Of a stretch of 64,000 nt of DNA, positions 36,658-51,803 are shown in pieces (position 1 is the first letter of the stretch; each line of letters opens with the position of its first letter). This stretch comes from Geosiphon pyriformis uo1 (lineage: Eukaryota > Fungi > Glomeromycota): NCBI GenBank assembly GCA_016748015.1, contig JAAOMT010000061.1, positions 186,001 to 250,000 on the forward strand, given 5' to 3'. The notes under the pieces are model-generated. The model had not been told where the DNA came from. It ran no database searches and saw only the letters and a list, made by a program, of their open reading frames with translations. The translations under genes were made by a program, and so were the position numbers.

Positions 36658-37531
36658 TTTAAAATATGAAAATGAAACTTTTAATTAAAACAATATAAAT
36701 ATTATTATTTAAAATTAAAATTAAATAATTTAAACTTAAACCAAAATACAAAAATCTTATAAAATCCTAAATTTAAATATAATAAATTTAATTTACTTAT
36801 ATTACAAAATAAAATTAAACAAAATTACTTTATGTTTTAATAAAATATTTTTAGTATATACAAAAATATAGTTTAAAAACTCAAAATTTTCATATTTTAA
36901 GCAAATAATATTTGTATAAAATCTATTATATAACTTTTTATATTAATAATAAACAATTTTTTATAAAATATTTTTATAAAATAAGTTTTTAATTTGACAA
37001 TTTTGGTATTAATAAAACTAAAACACTAATTTAAATATTATATAAAAATTGTTTTATCTTAATTTATATTATTAATTAAATTAACATTCAAAATTTTTTT
37101 AATAAATCTAATTTTTTATTTAATATAATTAAATATATTGTACAATTTATATATATAATATATAATAATATTAAAGATAATAGTACTATTATAATTATAA
37201 AAAAACAATTAAAAATTTTAAAATCAAAATATAATTTAATAAACAAACTTTACTAATTAAATAATTTATAATCTTATTTAATATATTAAAATAGTTTTTT
37301 ATTTTAAATCAAATTATTAATAATTTTTTGTTTTAAATTAATAAATTAATTTTTTTTCTTAATTTAATATTTATTTTTAAATTAAATTAATATTTTGACA
37401 AATAATAATTATAATTAAACTATTTATATATATAATATATAAATACTATAATAAAACATATTTTAAAACTAAAACAATAATTATGAATTTAATCAATTTA
37501 AAAAATATTGTATTATAAATTTTAATATTAA

Positions 37532-40500
37532 TTTTTTTTTATGAATATAGTTTAATTATTATTTAATATACAAAAACAAATTAAGTAGTTCAAATTAAAT
37601 ATAACTTATATACTTACTATATATAATTAATATTATCAATAGAATTTTAATTATTAATTAACATAAAATTATCCTTATAATTCTTATTATTAATTAGCAT
37701 ATATTATTATTATTTCAATTATTACTTATTAATTAATCAAATTATTAAATATTACTATTTAATTATAATTTGATTGGTATGATACACAAATACAATAATC
37801 AAATTATGCAGTACACTAAACTCTATAATATTCAAAAATTCACCAAAATTTGTAAAAGTTTGCAAAATAATTTAATAGTTTACCAAAATTGTTTATAGTT
37901 TGTAAAAATACCTTGTAGTTTATTAAAATTATAACAAAAAAAAATGCAAATTCAAAAACTAATATTATAACAAGTTATATAAAAGAAGAGTTTTTTTTTT
38001 GAAAAAATATATTTTACTTAAAATTATCTTATCTTTAGAATAATAATTTTATACAAAACAATAAAAACAAAATACTTTAAAAAACAAATTCATTTAATTA
38101 ATTGTATTTAAAATTCTTTGAACTTCAACTAATATTTTGAAATTAATTAATTACCAATTTCAGTAATCTGTTAATAACTTCAGATTTAAACAAAAAATAA
38201 TTTTCTTAATGCAATTTCATTTTTTTGTATTTTTTTTATTATATACACTAAAGTAGTCTATAAACAAAATTCCTGTAAAAAAGTTAACTTTTACAGCAAA
38301 ATAACTACATATTTTTAGTAAACTTTTAAACAAGCAATTCTTTTTTAGAATTGATTTTCACTGTAAAGTAATTATACAAGTAATTGATATAAAATTGGTT
38401 ATTCTATTCATAAGTCTAACAGTTTAAATAAAAGATAATTTGAAGATAAATTTAGTTAATAAAGATTTACAAACTTCCAGTAATTGTAAATTTATAGCAA
38501 ACAGACATTAACAGCATTAAGAAAAAAAGACCAAAAACCTTTGGTAACACCAACTATTTAAGTTAATTAAGATTATACTATATATTTATATTAATTCCAA
38601 ATTTATTATCAAAACTAAATAAAAAAAACATGTTTTGTGCAAACTAAAATTAACTGTAAAAAACTCGATAATACTAAGTAAACAAGTCACTTCTATTAAC
38701 AAAAAACCAGACAGACCACTGTGTATTTTAGCCAAAACTTTTATATTATCAATTAATCTATATTTTTTTATATCAACTTTGTATTTTAATTTAAAATTCT
38801 ACAACTTACTATAATGTCTCTTAATCAAACAATAAACAAAATTAGTTATTATTAGTGCAGTTTTTTTTTTGTTTTTAAATATTAAAGCTGTCTTATTAAT
38901 CTAATTCTTAAGAATAATTTTTTGCATAAAATTTTATAAATGTTTATATTTAATATTTCTAAAAAAAATACATAATATTAAAAATAACAATAAAGAACAA
39001 AATTTTATCAAAAATTTTTACAATTCAATATAATCCAACAAAATTTCAGAATGCACTGAAATATTTTTTAAACAAATAAAAATGTAATTAAACATTTCAA
39101 TATTACTATAAAACAAATATAAAACACTTGAGTAATTTTTATTGTAGTTTTTTTTTTACTGCAGTTAACAGTTTCCTATAAACTGTTTTTATTAAATATG
39201 TGTAAAAAGCAGTTAAAATTTTGTTAATAAACCCAAAACATATATAAAAGTTTGAATACCAGACCAAAGCAGTATAATATTAGTTAATATTTCAAATTAA
39301 TAAGTTTTATAAAATCCTATTTTCTAGACCTGCTTCTTATTGAGCATAATATATTGTTTGATAAATATTGTGAACAAAGTAGTAAGTATTGTTTAACATA
39401 ATCATATTATCAATTACTATGAATTTTTTATGAACACTAGTAGAAAAAATCAAATATAATTGTAGTATTTCATATGCTAAAACATTAACTTAGTCATTGT
39501 TAGCATTCTTTAAATGGTTTTTGATCTTTATTTATGTTACAGAAATGTCTTTTGATCTAATTAGATTAGTTATATACTGTTTTTTAATTTAGCATTTGCT
39601 CCAGAAATTAGGTATATAAAACTTGAACTTTAAAACATATATATTTATAGCAATTTGGCTGTCTATATACAGAACTACAGAACAAAAAGAAGAAATATAT
39701 TCTAATATCAAAACAATAGTCTGCAACTTTAATATTATTAATAATATTCAAAAACTTTGATACTTATATTTACTTTAACATTAGAAAAATAAGCTACTGT
39801 TTTATTTACTATTTTTACTGTACTTAAATCTTTTAATAAACCATTAGTATACATATTAATCTCTTTTCTTCATAGTTTATATAAACATTCTTAAATTTTT
39901 AAAAACTTTTTTGATCTAAAAAAATTTGAGCAGCCAAAATTAAGTATGTTTCTATCAAATTTAATAAAAAAATTGTTTATATAAATTAAAGCTTTTACAA
40001 ACTATGCCAGTACTAAACCTTTTGGACTTAATCTTTTTTAACAATAAAAAATTTTTCAATTTATAACCAAACTATGCTTATTCAATAACATATTATTAAA
40101 AACAATATTTAATCATTTCAAAAACCAAATTATCTTAAAGTAATAAAAGTTTTTCAGTATATTAGACATAAAAAAATAACCAAAAAAATAAAAAGCACTA
40201 GGTAATTTATTTGTCAAAGAAATCTTGTTGTCCAAAAAAATTATTCATAAAATTGACTTTTAACTTGACTGTAAATTATAATGAGTTTTTTGGCATTCAA
40301 TTTGCAACGTATAAATTCAAAACTTGGTATACAAATAAATAACCAAAAATTTTTATTGCATTAATAAACCTAATTAATAAAGCCACTTTGCCTTTTGTCT
40401 GTATCTGCTTAAATAATTTTGGTTTATACAAAGATGGATAATTCAAAGTTTTATTAAAAAAGTTTTTTAGCAAATTAGCCTTAAATTTAAGCCTTTTTTA

Positions 40501-43500
40501 ATTATAATATTCTACTTTTGACACACATTTTTAAACACCAAACTGAATTGTGTTTAATAACTAATTATAGACTACAAAACTGTTAAAATTAAGTAGAAAA
40601 ATTGCTTATTTGATAAAGTTTTTCTAAGCATTATGTTTGAAAAAAACCTAATATTTAAATGTATTTTGACAAAACTTGGCTTAAATATATTCTTTATAGA
40701 TAAAAAATTTTTCAGATATCTATGAAATTTTCTATATTTAACAATAAAAATTGGTTAATTATCAATATATAATAAAGCAACTACAATTTTTTGATTTATG
40801 AAAATTATAATTGTTTTGTTATTGTTAATATAAATATTATTAATCTTAAAAGACTGATTAGCCAGATTCAAAATGTATTGTGTTAAAGCTTAATTATTTT
40901 CTATCCAAATAGTGTTATTTACAAAAGTACTTACTGTAAAAAAAAAGTTTTTTTTTTACTGATTTCTACTTTGTTTGTCTTTGCCACAAAATTAATATTA
41001 ATTTAATATCTACATAAATGTTTCAGTCTCTTAATCTTACACAATAAGGAATCATAAAAATTTTTCCAAAGAAATAATAAAAAAACTTCACCTTAATCCA
41101 ACTTATTGTGTACTTTGTAATTATTTAAAAAACTAAAATTTGTTATTACTCTATTAATTTTGTTTTTGTATATATTACCAAATAATTTAATAAACTTGTC
41201 ACACATCTTAATACACTTCAAACTAATTTTTAAATAATACTATTCAACTAAATTATAAGCTTTATACATATTTTATAGAACCAACCAAAGTTTTTGGCTC
41301 TTTTTTAAAGCATTTTTTATAATTGAACCAATAACAAACATTAAAAATTAAATTAAAGTATTTTTTAATACTAAAAAATTATTACTATAAAGAATATTAA
41401 ACTTATTATAAGCAAATAAAATATGATCTAATAAGATTTTGAATAAAATTTTCCTAATTGTTTTTATTAATACTATGAATTATGTGTTTGTTAAAATGTT
41501 ATTTCAATTATATAATTTGAAAATTATTAAAACTTATATCTTTTTTTAAAGAACTAAGACATTACTAAAAGTTAAATAAGTGTTTATTAAATTCAAAAGA
41601 CATTTTACTATTGTATTATTATAGTGTTTCTAAAGTTTATTAGTTATGTCAGAAAAATCAGCAGCTTTGTCATTAAACAGATTACCAATTACCATAATTA
41701 AATCTTCTATGTTGATTGTGCTTATTACACCAGAAAAGACATCTTTACTTATATATACTAAGAGTATATATTAACAAGTCTATAATTCAAACAGAGTTAA
41801 AAAAATCTTATACTTTCTTATTTAATCTTCTATAATCTTGTTTATTCTAAGCTTTATCTTATTTGGCTTCAAAACCAATTTTTTTCCAATTACTAAATAA
41901 TTCAAAACTATTTTTTAAAACAGCTATTTCAAAACATTTTTAATTATGCTACTCTTATTAGAACTGAAGTTTTCTATGTACTTTTTGATTATATTTCTAA
42001 TAGATGTATTTTTAATTGCCTCAAACTCATAGTACTTGAACTTACAGTAACTTTTTTTAATTATTAACAAATATTTGGTCACATTTACAGAACTTGTATT
42101 ATTATAAACTAAGCTGTTAATTTCAAAAGCTCTTATTTTATCAACAGATAACCACTTTCTAATAAAATAATCAAATTCCAATTTATTGCTTAAACTTAGT
42201 ATCTTAGTCATTTTAAATACCAATAATTCTAATTTGTAAAACTTAAAAAACTGTTTATTTTTTGAACAATCAAATTTACTGTACCAATATTTAAAGAATA
42301 CTTTATTAGTTATATTTACTATTACTTTATTTAAGATCTCCCATATTGTATTTAAGTTTTGAAAATTTTTAGCATTTGTAAACTTGTACTGTATTATCAA
42401 TAGTTTAGAAGAAGAATATTTCTTAAAACTTATTTATTTGACATTATTTACATCTTTTGTTTTAAACTTTTAATGATTTTTATTAGTCTGTTTGCAAGTA
42501 TTATTTAGATAAATATTTAACAGACTTTCTAAATCAACCAAAATTGAAACTGTTTTGTAATTAGTGTCAAAAAAATTGAAAACAAAACCAATTTCACAAT
42601 TTACAACAATTGACAATAAACTTTTATTCAAAAAAATATAATCAATAATTTTTTTAATCTCTTTAAAATTACACCAAGTAGGATTTTTAGCCAAAAAATA
42701 ATTAAAAAAATTTACTAAACTTATATTCAAGCCTTTTTTAAGATTTGTACACTTTTTGAAATTATTTTTATTGAAGTTACCACTTAAGATTGCAAATAAA
42801 CTAAAGCTAGTTGTCTTAAAAATAAAAAAGTTGACATTAAAAACTTGTTTAAACTTAGTTCCAATTGACATTCCAATATATAAATTCAAAACTATAACTG
42901 ATAATTTATTCTTAAACAGAAGATGAATTAAAATTACTTAATTAAAAATTTTTTTACTTTTGTAACATGATAAGCCAAAATATTATCAATAATAATAGTC
43001 ATATTAACACTAAGATATTTATTTTCCAAATTAAATGTAAAAATTCAAACTTCATTAAATCTGTTTATTATTTATGGCTTAGACTTTAATTTTGTTTTTA
43101 TTACAATAGATATTATGTTTTTAGAATTCATATGTCATTAAAAAATGTTTTCTTGCTTGGCTAAATTGTTTATACTTCTAATATTTCACATAGCAATTTT
43201 TTAAATAAAACTTGTTATTGAGAAAAATAAAAGTTTACACCCAAATTAATATTCTTTATTTTGGCCAAAAAGCCCAAAATCATATCTGACAAATTGTTTA
43301 TCTTATTTTCTAACTTATAAATAATTAATAACTCAAAAAATACTGCTTTTACAATAGTTTTACTACTAATAATCACATCTAAACTTTTACTTATTATTAT
43401 AATTCTGTAATAAAAAAGTCATTAATAGCTAATATTCAAGACTAAACTAAAAAACTATTGGTTTAAGTGTTTTTAATTTTTTAGCCAGCTTATCAATCTG

Positions 43501-45033
43501 TTTTGTAAGACTAACAAAACTGTGTTCAAGAGCAGCAAATCTATTATTTACTTCCATTAAAACCAGCAAAAAAAATTTATTATTCAAAAATAAATTAACA
43601 ATTACAAAAACTGATAACATTACATAAAAAGAGTTATTATTAACAACTTGCACTTATGTTTTATTACCAAAAAAGACTGGTAAAACAATTAAGGCTTGCT
43701 TTTTTTTATAAATATTAATTAATCAAACACAATTCTAAAAAGTAATCAATTTTTTACCACAACTACCAAAATTTTTACCAAATATATATACAGTAAAAAT
43801 ATGACCAAATTGTTTGTATTGAACACAAACAATTAAAAACAAATCAGTTCAACACAAATTTATATTCTTAAAAATTGGAACAGAATTAATAGCAGTTTTT
43901 TTTAATGTTTTATTAGCAAAACAAATAATTACATATTTGTTATGTTTATATGTATTTAAATTATAACCAATAAAGCAAGTTTTTTTATTATATAATGTCA
44001 ACAAATCAGAAAAATCATGAACAGTAATATTAACTAATAAAGTATACAATAAAATTTAATACTAATCTTTAAATACTTATATATATTTATTATTTACAGC
44101 TTTAGTTACATATACAGAATTATTTTTCATAAGAATTAATTACTTGGTCATAACCAAATTAGCAATATTAACTGTTTTAAATTTAATCAAAGCTTTTTGT
44201 TAAAGACTAATAAGTTGTATTTTAATTAATAAAATCTTATTAAACTTAGAAAAAACAGATTTTACAGTCAATTTAAGAAGATCAACTGGAATTTTTTTAA
44301 TAATTATTTTCTATTCTGTATAATTGTTTACTTTTTTAACATTATTATTAACCAAAATTTTTTTATAAATTGTTATATTCTTAGTTTTTTTCAAACTTAA
44401 TTCTGATATAAAGAATAATTTAATAATTTTTAAAATTTTAAAAAAATAGATATCTCTTCCAAAACCATTAACACAATAAAAAAATTTTTTTAAATTAATT
44501 AATTTATTTTTAAAAATTTTGTTAAACACTACAGAAAGTTTAATATTCAATATAAAAGATTTAACTAAATTAAAACTTTATTTTTTTAAGACATGTAATC
44601 TGATCAATAAAAATTGCTTGGAGCCATTAAACTTAAAAAACAAAAGCACTAAAATATTGTTATTATTACTTAAATATTAAAGGAAAGAATTATTAATGAT
44701 TAATCTAATATATATGTTTATATATAAGTCTTTTATAATATAATATTATCTATATTCTTATTAACTATTAAAATATCTGAATTTGTATAACTGATTTTCT
44801 TAAAAAAACTATTTTTTATATTTAACAGATTACTAATACTACTTGTTTTACTATTAACTTTATTTTCTCAAAACATTACAGATTTCTTATTAAAATCTTT
44901 AATATCTTTCAAATTTAAAAAACCAGTAGATAAATTAATTATACTACTATCAATATCTGGGTTTTTTGGTTTTTTATAAAATGCACCACAAAAATAAACA
45001 TTTTTCACATGTTTTTTTTTGGTGCTTAAATAG
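37532..45033 (-). mobile_element. Heavily decayed L1-like LINE, main body (ORF1 ~45033-43215, ORF2 ~43218-38578, 3' tail split by a solo LTR, poly(A) at 37532-37540)
   Basis: Endonuclease remnants (LSGNFN, IDYIFL, FDTNYK), ORF1 remnants (YTLLVNITVHDFSDLL; KHVKNVYFCGAFYKKPK), ORF2 C-terminus homologous to the other copies, stop at 38580-38578. Confidence 0.88.
37631..38549. repeat. Probable solo LTR (919 bp) inserted in the LINE 3' tail
   Basis: Ends TATTATCAA (decayed TGTTACCAA)...TTGGTAACA; flanks TTAA/CCAA fit a decayed 4-bp TSD; removing the insert restores the family 3' tail. Confidence 0.7.
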
Positions 45034-46324
45034 TGTTATCTGATAGAAATTAACAAAAATCAAAAATAATAATATTATAATATATTAATTAATTATTAAA
45101 TAACAGTATAAACAGAACAAATTAATAAATAAAATTAAAAAACATAATATGCACATAATAGTGTGCAAAATGTATACAAATGCATCCAATTTAATATGAT
45201 CACAAACAAGTGAACCAAAAAACACTTATAGTTAAACAGAAGATCCAATAACTTAACAATTCTTTACTAATCAATTAGGATAAACATAATTATATATAAC
45301 TTAAAATATGTATATATATAATAACTTTCTAACTAAAAAAAAAACAAACAAAAAGAAAGAATAATAAAGAACAAAAAGTCAATTAAATAAAATAAAAATA
45401 AAAAAAAGGTAGAAAGATTAGATTATAATTACAAAAAAAGCTAAAAAATGTATCTTCCAAGCTTTGTATTATCTACTAATACTGATATTAATAAAGTTAA
45501 AGATCTTTTTTCTTTATAATTTAATCTCCATTAACAACTAAAAAAACTACTATTTTCTTTTCTACTATTGCTTTTCTGTTAAAAAAAACAACAGTAGAAA
45601 TATTTAATATGTCAACAAAAACATAAATAAAGCTCAAGCTTAACAAAATTGAAAACACATTAAAAAAATATTAAATACATAAAATTACCTAAAAAATATT
45701 TGTAATACTTTGGCCAAAATTAATGACCAACTTAAAAATTTGAAATAAGCTCTTTATATTTTTGGAAAAATAATTTTTAATTAAAATTATTTTATGAATA
45801 TTAATTTTTGTTGAATTCTACTTTTTATTTTTAATTTTCTTTGAATTTATTAAAAATAAAATACTGCTTTACTATAAACAAAAAAATACAAATATTTGAT
45901 ATTAGCATAAGATAAAAAAAGTATTTTTATAAAAGTCTTAAGAAAAGACATAATTGGAAGTATAGATATATAACAAAAATTCTCCTTAAAAAACTAGCAT
46001 AATAGCAGTTATTAACAGCAATTTTGACAAAAACATTATGCTATATACCAAATCTAATAACAAAGACACTTATCAGAAAAAATTATTTAATATTTGCTAG
46101 AAAATTAAGAAAACTTATTATATTAACTTTTAGATCTTTAAATAAAAGAATAATAATAATATATTAAATAAGAATTCAGCATAAATCAAAAACAATACTA
46201 ATTAAAACTAATATACTTATTTTTATGTCAAAATTAGATAATTTACTATATTATTATTTGATTTAAAAGGCCATAAAAATTAATTATAATATAATCACTA
46301 AAATAAAAAAAAACATTTATAATA
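45034..46324 (+). repeat. 5' LTR type B (~1.29 kb)
   Basis: TGTTATC...ATAATA; collinear with 62105-63396 over its length. Confidence 0.85.
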
Positions 46325-46537
46325 TTTGATATTTACTTTAAGATTTAATTTTAATCTATTTAAGCCACCTAAATTTTAACAATAATTAATTGTATAAATT
46401 AGCAAATTAAAGTAACAAAACCAGTAACAACTATTAATTCTTTTAGCCAAAATCCATATTACTAATTTCAAAAAAGATTGGGATTACTTAATAATTATTT
46501 TTTAGCTGAATTAATTTTTAATTACTATGTATATTAT

Positions 46538-46953
46538 TGTTACTTATAAAAAAGTACAAAAGAAATAGTAAGAAAAACAGATAAAAAAATAGACCAATAA
46601 AAGAATAGTATTAAACATGTGAGCACATTGTTAATAAATTATAGCATATTGCTCAGCAATATGAGTAATATCAATAGATTAGAGTACATCACTTAGCAAT
46701 GTAAGTATTACTTATGAAATTATAGCAAATTCCTTATAAATATGTGAGATCTTATAGAATATCAATTATGTATATATAGTAAAAGTATTAAAAACAGAAA
46801 AAACAGAACACACAGTTAGAATTTCTAGTTAAAAAACACAGTTAAAAGCAGTCCAAAATTCATATTACATATTAATAAATTATTAATTACCACTTGAATT
46901 CATGTTATTATCACTTGATTAAAGAATATTAAATTATTTTCACTTTATTAATA
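46538..46953 (+). repeat. Internal type-A LTR
   Basis: Start TGTTACTTATAAAAA vs TGTTACTCATAGAAA; TATA block AATTATGTATATATAG...ACAGAA; end and downstream leader all match the reverse complement of 4945-5386. Confidence 0.7.
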
Positions 46954-49900
46954 CTCCATATTGATAGAATTTAATACTTAACCATACTAAAACAATAGTT
47001 CTTAATTATGGCTATTAATAAAATACTAAATTTTTATTTTTTATTTTTATTTTTTTATTTTTTATTTTTTTTATTTTGTTTTGTTGATTTTTTAACTAAT
47101 TAAAAAGATTAAAATGCAAAGTATTAACATTAAAAAAAAGACTGATAAAAGACTTAGGAATAAGAGTAAACATTCAGAATTAAGGAATAGCTTATCAGGA
47201 AACCAGCCATCAAGCTAAAAAAAAAATTAATAAAAAAAAATATTTTAAAAAGTTACAGACAACAACACATATTAACTCAAAATTTAAAGAAGAAACTAAA
47301 AACATTACAACAGAATATCAATATTGAATCTCTGTTTATTATATAAAAGATTCAACCAAAACCTTCAGACACCAAAACCTTCAAATATCACCAATCATAT
47401 TACTTATTAAGCACCAAGTTATGGGTTTGTTATTTGTATTAACACTTCAAATAATCACCTGTAATATTATTAAATTTAATATTTATTTGAACAAAGTTCA
47501 AAACTCCAAAAACAAAAACAAAACCTATATTAAAAATTAATCTAACACACCATGCTATTTAACACACAATTATTTCCAATAACTCTGGTACAAATACACT
47601 AAAAAATTGAAAAATATGCTTAGAAAAGTTTTCTATTTACTTTCAACAAAAACAGAAAAGACAACAGTAATCAAGATAACTAACTAAAAACTTCAATACA
47701 AATATTCTATTAAGGAATCATGAATTAACAGCAAACTCTAATCCCATTATATTAAAAACCACAGGTCATATTATTAGAACTTTATCCTACTATTTGTTAT
47801 TAAATAACCAAATTAATATATCATTAAGAACTGCATTCTTATTTACCACAAAAACAATTCTTTAAACCCTTAACTATGTTTACATTTTATTTAAAAGAAA
47901 ATTTTTTAAAAGACCTATTCTAGGAGAATACTTATCATGATTTTTAAACTCACTTTCTTTACAACTAAACTTTCAGACCACTTGGGAACTTAAACTTAAA
48001 TCTGAACCAGAATTTGAGTTTAAACATAACCAAAAAAACAAAGTACCAGAAAAAGAAAAAAAAAAGTAGAATTTTTAAACAAATTAAAACCAGAACCAAT
48101 AGCTTTTTTTGTTCAAATATCTGTAAATTCTTAAAAAATAGCTACTTTCTATATTGCAAAATTGATCAACTTTACTAAAAAAAAAAGATGTTCATATTTA
48201 GATTAAAAAAACACAAAAAACAATTATAACAAATAATTAAAATAAGACTTATAGTTTTCAAACCTTATTATTTTTTTTAAAAGACACAGCTGACTTTTAA
48301 TATTAGAATTTAAATTACAAATTCAACACTTTTACACAGTTTTGAAATACATTTTTAAAATATTTTTACAACTCTAACACTATTATCAAACTTCAAAATA
48401 GATTTAGTACTATTAAATAACAGCTTAATAAAACAGTAATTAAATATTTTAGTAAATTTAATCATGTTTTACAACAGATTAGAGCCATAGAAAACAATTA
48501 TTATATAGCTTCTCAAATTCTTAATTAGTTTGTAAAAAAATTAAGAAGTAGTATTTTAAAATAAATAAAATCATAATATTCAAAATTTACCCTAAGCTGT
48601 TATATTGGCTTAAAATATTAGGTTAGCCAAAGAAAAAATTAACCACAATAAAATAGTAAACTTGGTAATAAATAACAATAATACCAAAGAACTGAAAGAT
48701 AAAATTACTTAATTTAAGGAAAAATTATCTTAAAAGATGAAAAGTTATCTTTTTAATACCAAACCCTAGGTACCAAACTAATATCAACTACTGTAACAAT
48801 AAAACCAAACACCCTTCTAAAATTATGACTATTAAAACTCAAATAAAAACCAACAAAATATACCAATATATTATTATTATTAAAAGTACAAACATATCAA
48901 AGCCAAATATTAATTACTACAGTCTTATTAAAATTCATAAAAAAACAATTTGTGAAAATTATCTTTTAGTAATTAATATATAATATTTTAAAATTAATAC
49001 TTAGTATTAATTTAATAGTATTCTCAACAATAGTTATTATGACAACAAAACCTGGTTCAGTTATAATATTTAGTTCTACTATAACAACTATGACAAACAT
49101 TAACTCTTAGATTACATTTTTAAAACTTGAATTGGAAAAAAAATTATCTATTTCCAAATTTAAACTTCTTGGATCAGTCAACAACAAATACAATAATACT
49201 ATAAAACTTGAGTTAAAATAATAATAGATAATACAATACACTTATATATTATCAACAAGTGTTTTTTAATTTATTTAAACTACAGAATTTTTATAATATA
49301 ACATTTTATAAAGATTAGAACATTAGTATTATCAAAAGTTTTACTGTTAATATTAGTATTAATAATAAAACATTAACAATTATATTTTCTTTTGAACTTG
49401 AGAAAAAAAAATTCACTTTTATTTTGTTTAGCAGAGCTACTTTAAATGAAAATAAACTAATTATTACTATGTATACTAAGACAAAAACAGATAGTAAATT
49501 TATTAAATTAGTTCTAAACAACAGATTAGCAAAAAGCATTATTGATTTTTAATTAATGAACCAATTAGATTATTAAATTAACAAAAACACCAGTACTTTT
49601 ATTATTACCATTAATGAAGCCAAGAAAATACCAATTAAAAAAATTAACTTCTTTTCTTTTAACATAAACAGAATAATTATTTTCACTAAAGTATTAGTTA
49701 TAAATACAACTTAATATTAAGCATTAATCAAAAATAATTGGTTAGAAAAAGGAAAGTTATTTTAAATTAATTGACTCAAAAATTATAACTAATATATTAA
49801 AAACAATACATATAGGTATTTACTATATATAGATATTTTAAAAAAAATTTCCACACAAACAATTTATCCCAATTTGAATTTAAAAAAACATTGAAAACAA

Positions 49901-51803
49901 AAACCATCAAAACATATTAGGTTAAATAGGACAAAAATAACTGTAAAAAACTATTATTTGTTCTTAAATAGACTAATAAAATTTTTAATTTTATATTATC
50001 ATACTTTTTTTGTTTCTAATGTCTTCAAAATTATTGTTCAAAATTATAATGTTTAGTTTGTCAAAAAAAACTATCTTTTATAATAACTTGTATTGCTCTA
50101 TACAAAAATAACCAACAGACTACTTACTACTATTGTAACTAATATTACAAAAAAACATATAGATATCCAAAACAATTGGAAAAATAAGATAAAGCTTCTT
50201 GTATTATATGTGAAAAAATTTTACTCAATAAATACAATTGAATTAATATGTAATTTAAAAAAGCCATATGTAACCACACTTGTTAATATACTATTCTTAT
50301 TACTAACTAGATAAAAAGAAAAACTTTCTTTAATATTGTTTATAATAGAGCCCTAAATTACATATATTATTATCTACATAATACCAAACAACTTTATAAT
50401 ATAGCTAAAACAAATATACAAGATAAAATAACTAAAGAAATTCGAAATTAGAAGACACTAGCAGAAGTTATTAAAGAAGTCATTAGGTACAACTCTTTAT
50501 ACTCTCTACAAAAATTTTAAAATTATTATTAAGAACTTTGTCCAACTCAAAAAAAACAGAAACAATATTTTGTACAAATAAATACTTACCTGTATAAAAA
50601 TTGCTTAATTCTTTGTTAATTACAATAGTGTTTTGACTATTAGTCTTAGTCTAAACTATTTGAAAAAACAGCTTAATTTGAAAATTATTCAGATTATAAA
50701 ATAAGAAATACATTTTACAAATATTAAAAGTGCTATTAGACAATTTGGATACTTTTATTAATTTTCAACAAAAATTGAACATCAAATGTTTTATTAACAG
50801 CAACCAAAAATTTTTTTTAAAATAGATGTATTCAACCAATACTAGATTTGATTTCTAATATTTTAGAAACTAAACACTAATATTAAAATCATTTACTATT
50901 ATTATAATTAACCTAAAATTAGTGTTTGAAATACCAACTAGAACTATAGTATAAATAGCTCTTTAATTTAGTTTAACCAGAAAAAAAATTAATATTAAAA
51001 GAAAAATTATAAACTCCAAATATACTGAAAATCTTATAGTTTTATTATACAATAAATTAAACTAACCATATGTAATTAAACCAAAAGAAAAAATTATACA
51101 AACAATTTTTTTATCTTTATTTCAAATCATTAGATTAATTACTACTAAGACTCAAGAAAAGCTAAGAAAGACCAAATACAGAATTTAAGATCTTGATTTT
51201 ATAAAAACAGTCACATTATATATTGACTATATAGAAACAATACAGGAAAACTTAGACATAATCTGAATTAATAAAATAATTACAATATTATTATTCAAAA
51301 CATACTTATTTAATATATACAAAAAGACAACAAAAAAAGATCTTTTATTCAAACTATATACTTTCTTTTGTAAATAATTTTCAATTGGTCTTATTAATCT
51401 ATATATACTATGCTATAGCTATTTGCAAATAGAAATACCTATTCACAACTTATTTAAAAAAACTATATACTTATCTAAAAATACAGTCTTAGAATATTTG
51501 AGCATAAACATCACTTATTAACATAAACTCCAAGAAATTCTTGACTTCTTCCAGTTAGTGTTATATTGTAAAACTAAACTAACTCTATTAAAATTAAGTA
51601 TTAAATATTATTAAATAACTAATAAAAAATTAATTAAGCTTAATCTTAGATTACTAGACTTTTTACAACAAAGACAATTGTAAGTATTTATCTTAAAATA
51701 CTCAAATATTTTTGCCAAAAAAAATAAGTTTGGACAAACCAATTTGGTTTATTATCAAATTTATACAAAAAATACATTATTTATTAAGCAATATGTTTAT
51801 TAA

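Noticed and set aside
36660-51800. Organellar insertion, endosymbiont DNA or an alternative genetic code explaining the AT-richness and in-frame stops
   Set aside because: The sequence is collinear with less-decayed LINE and Gypsy copies, and the stops arise from transitions at Trp/Gln/Arg codons.
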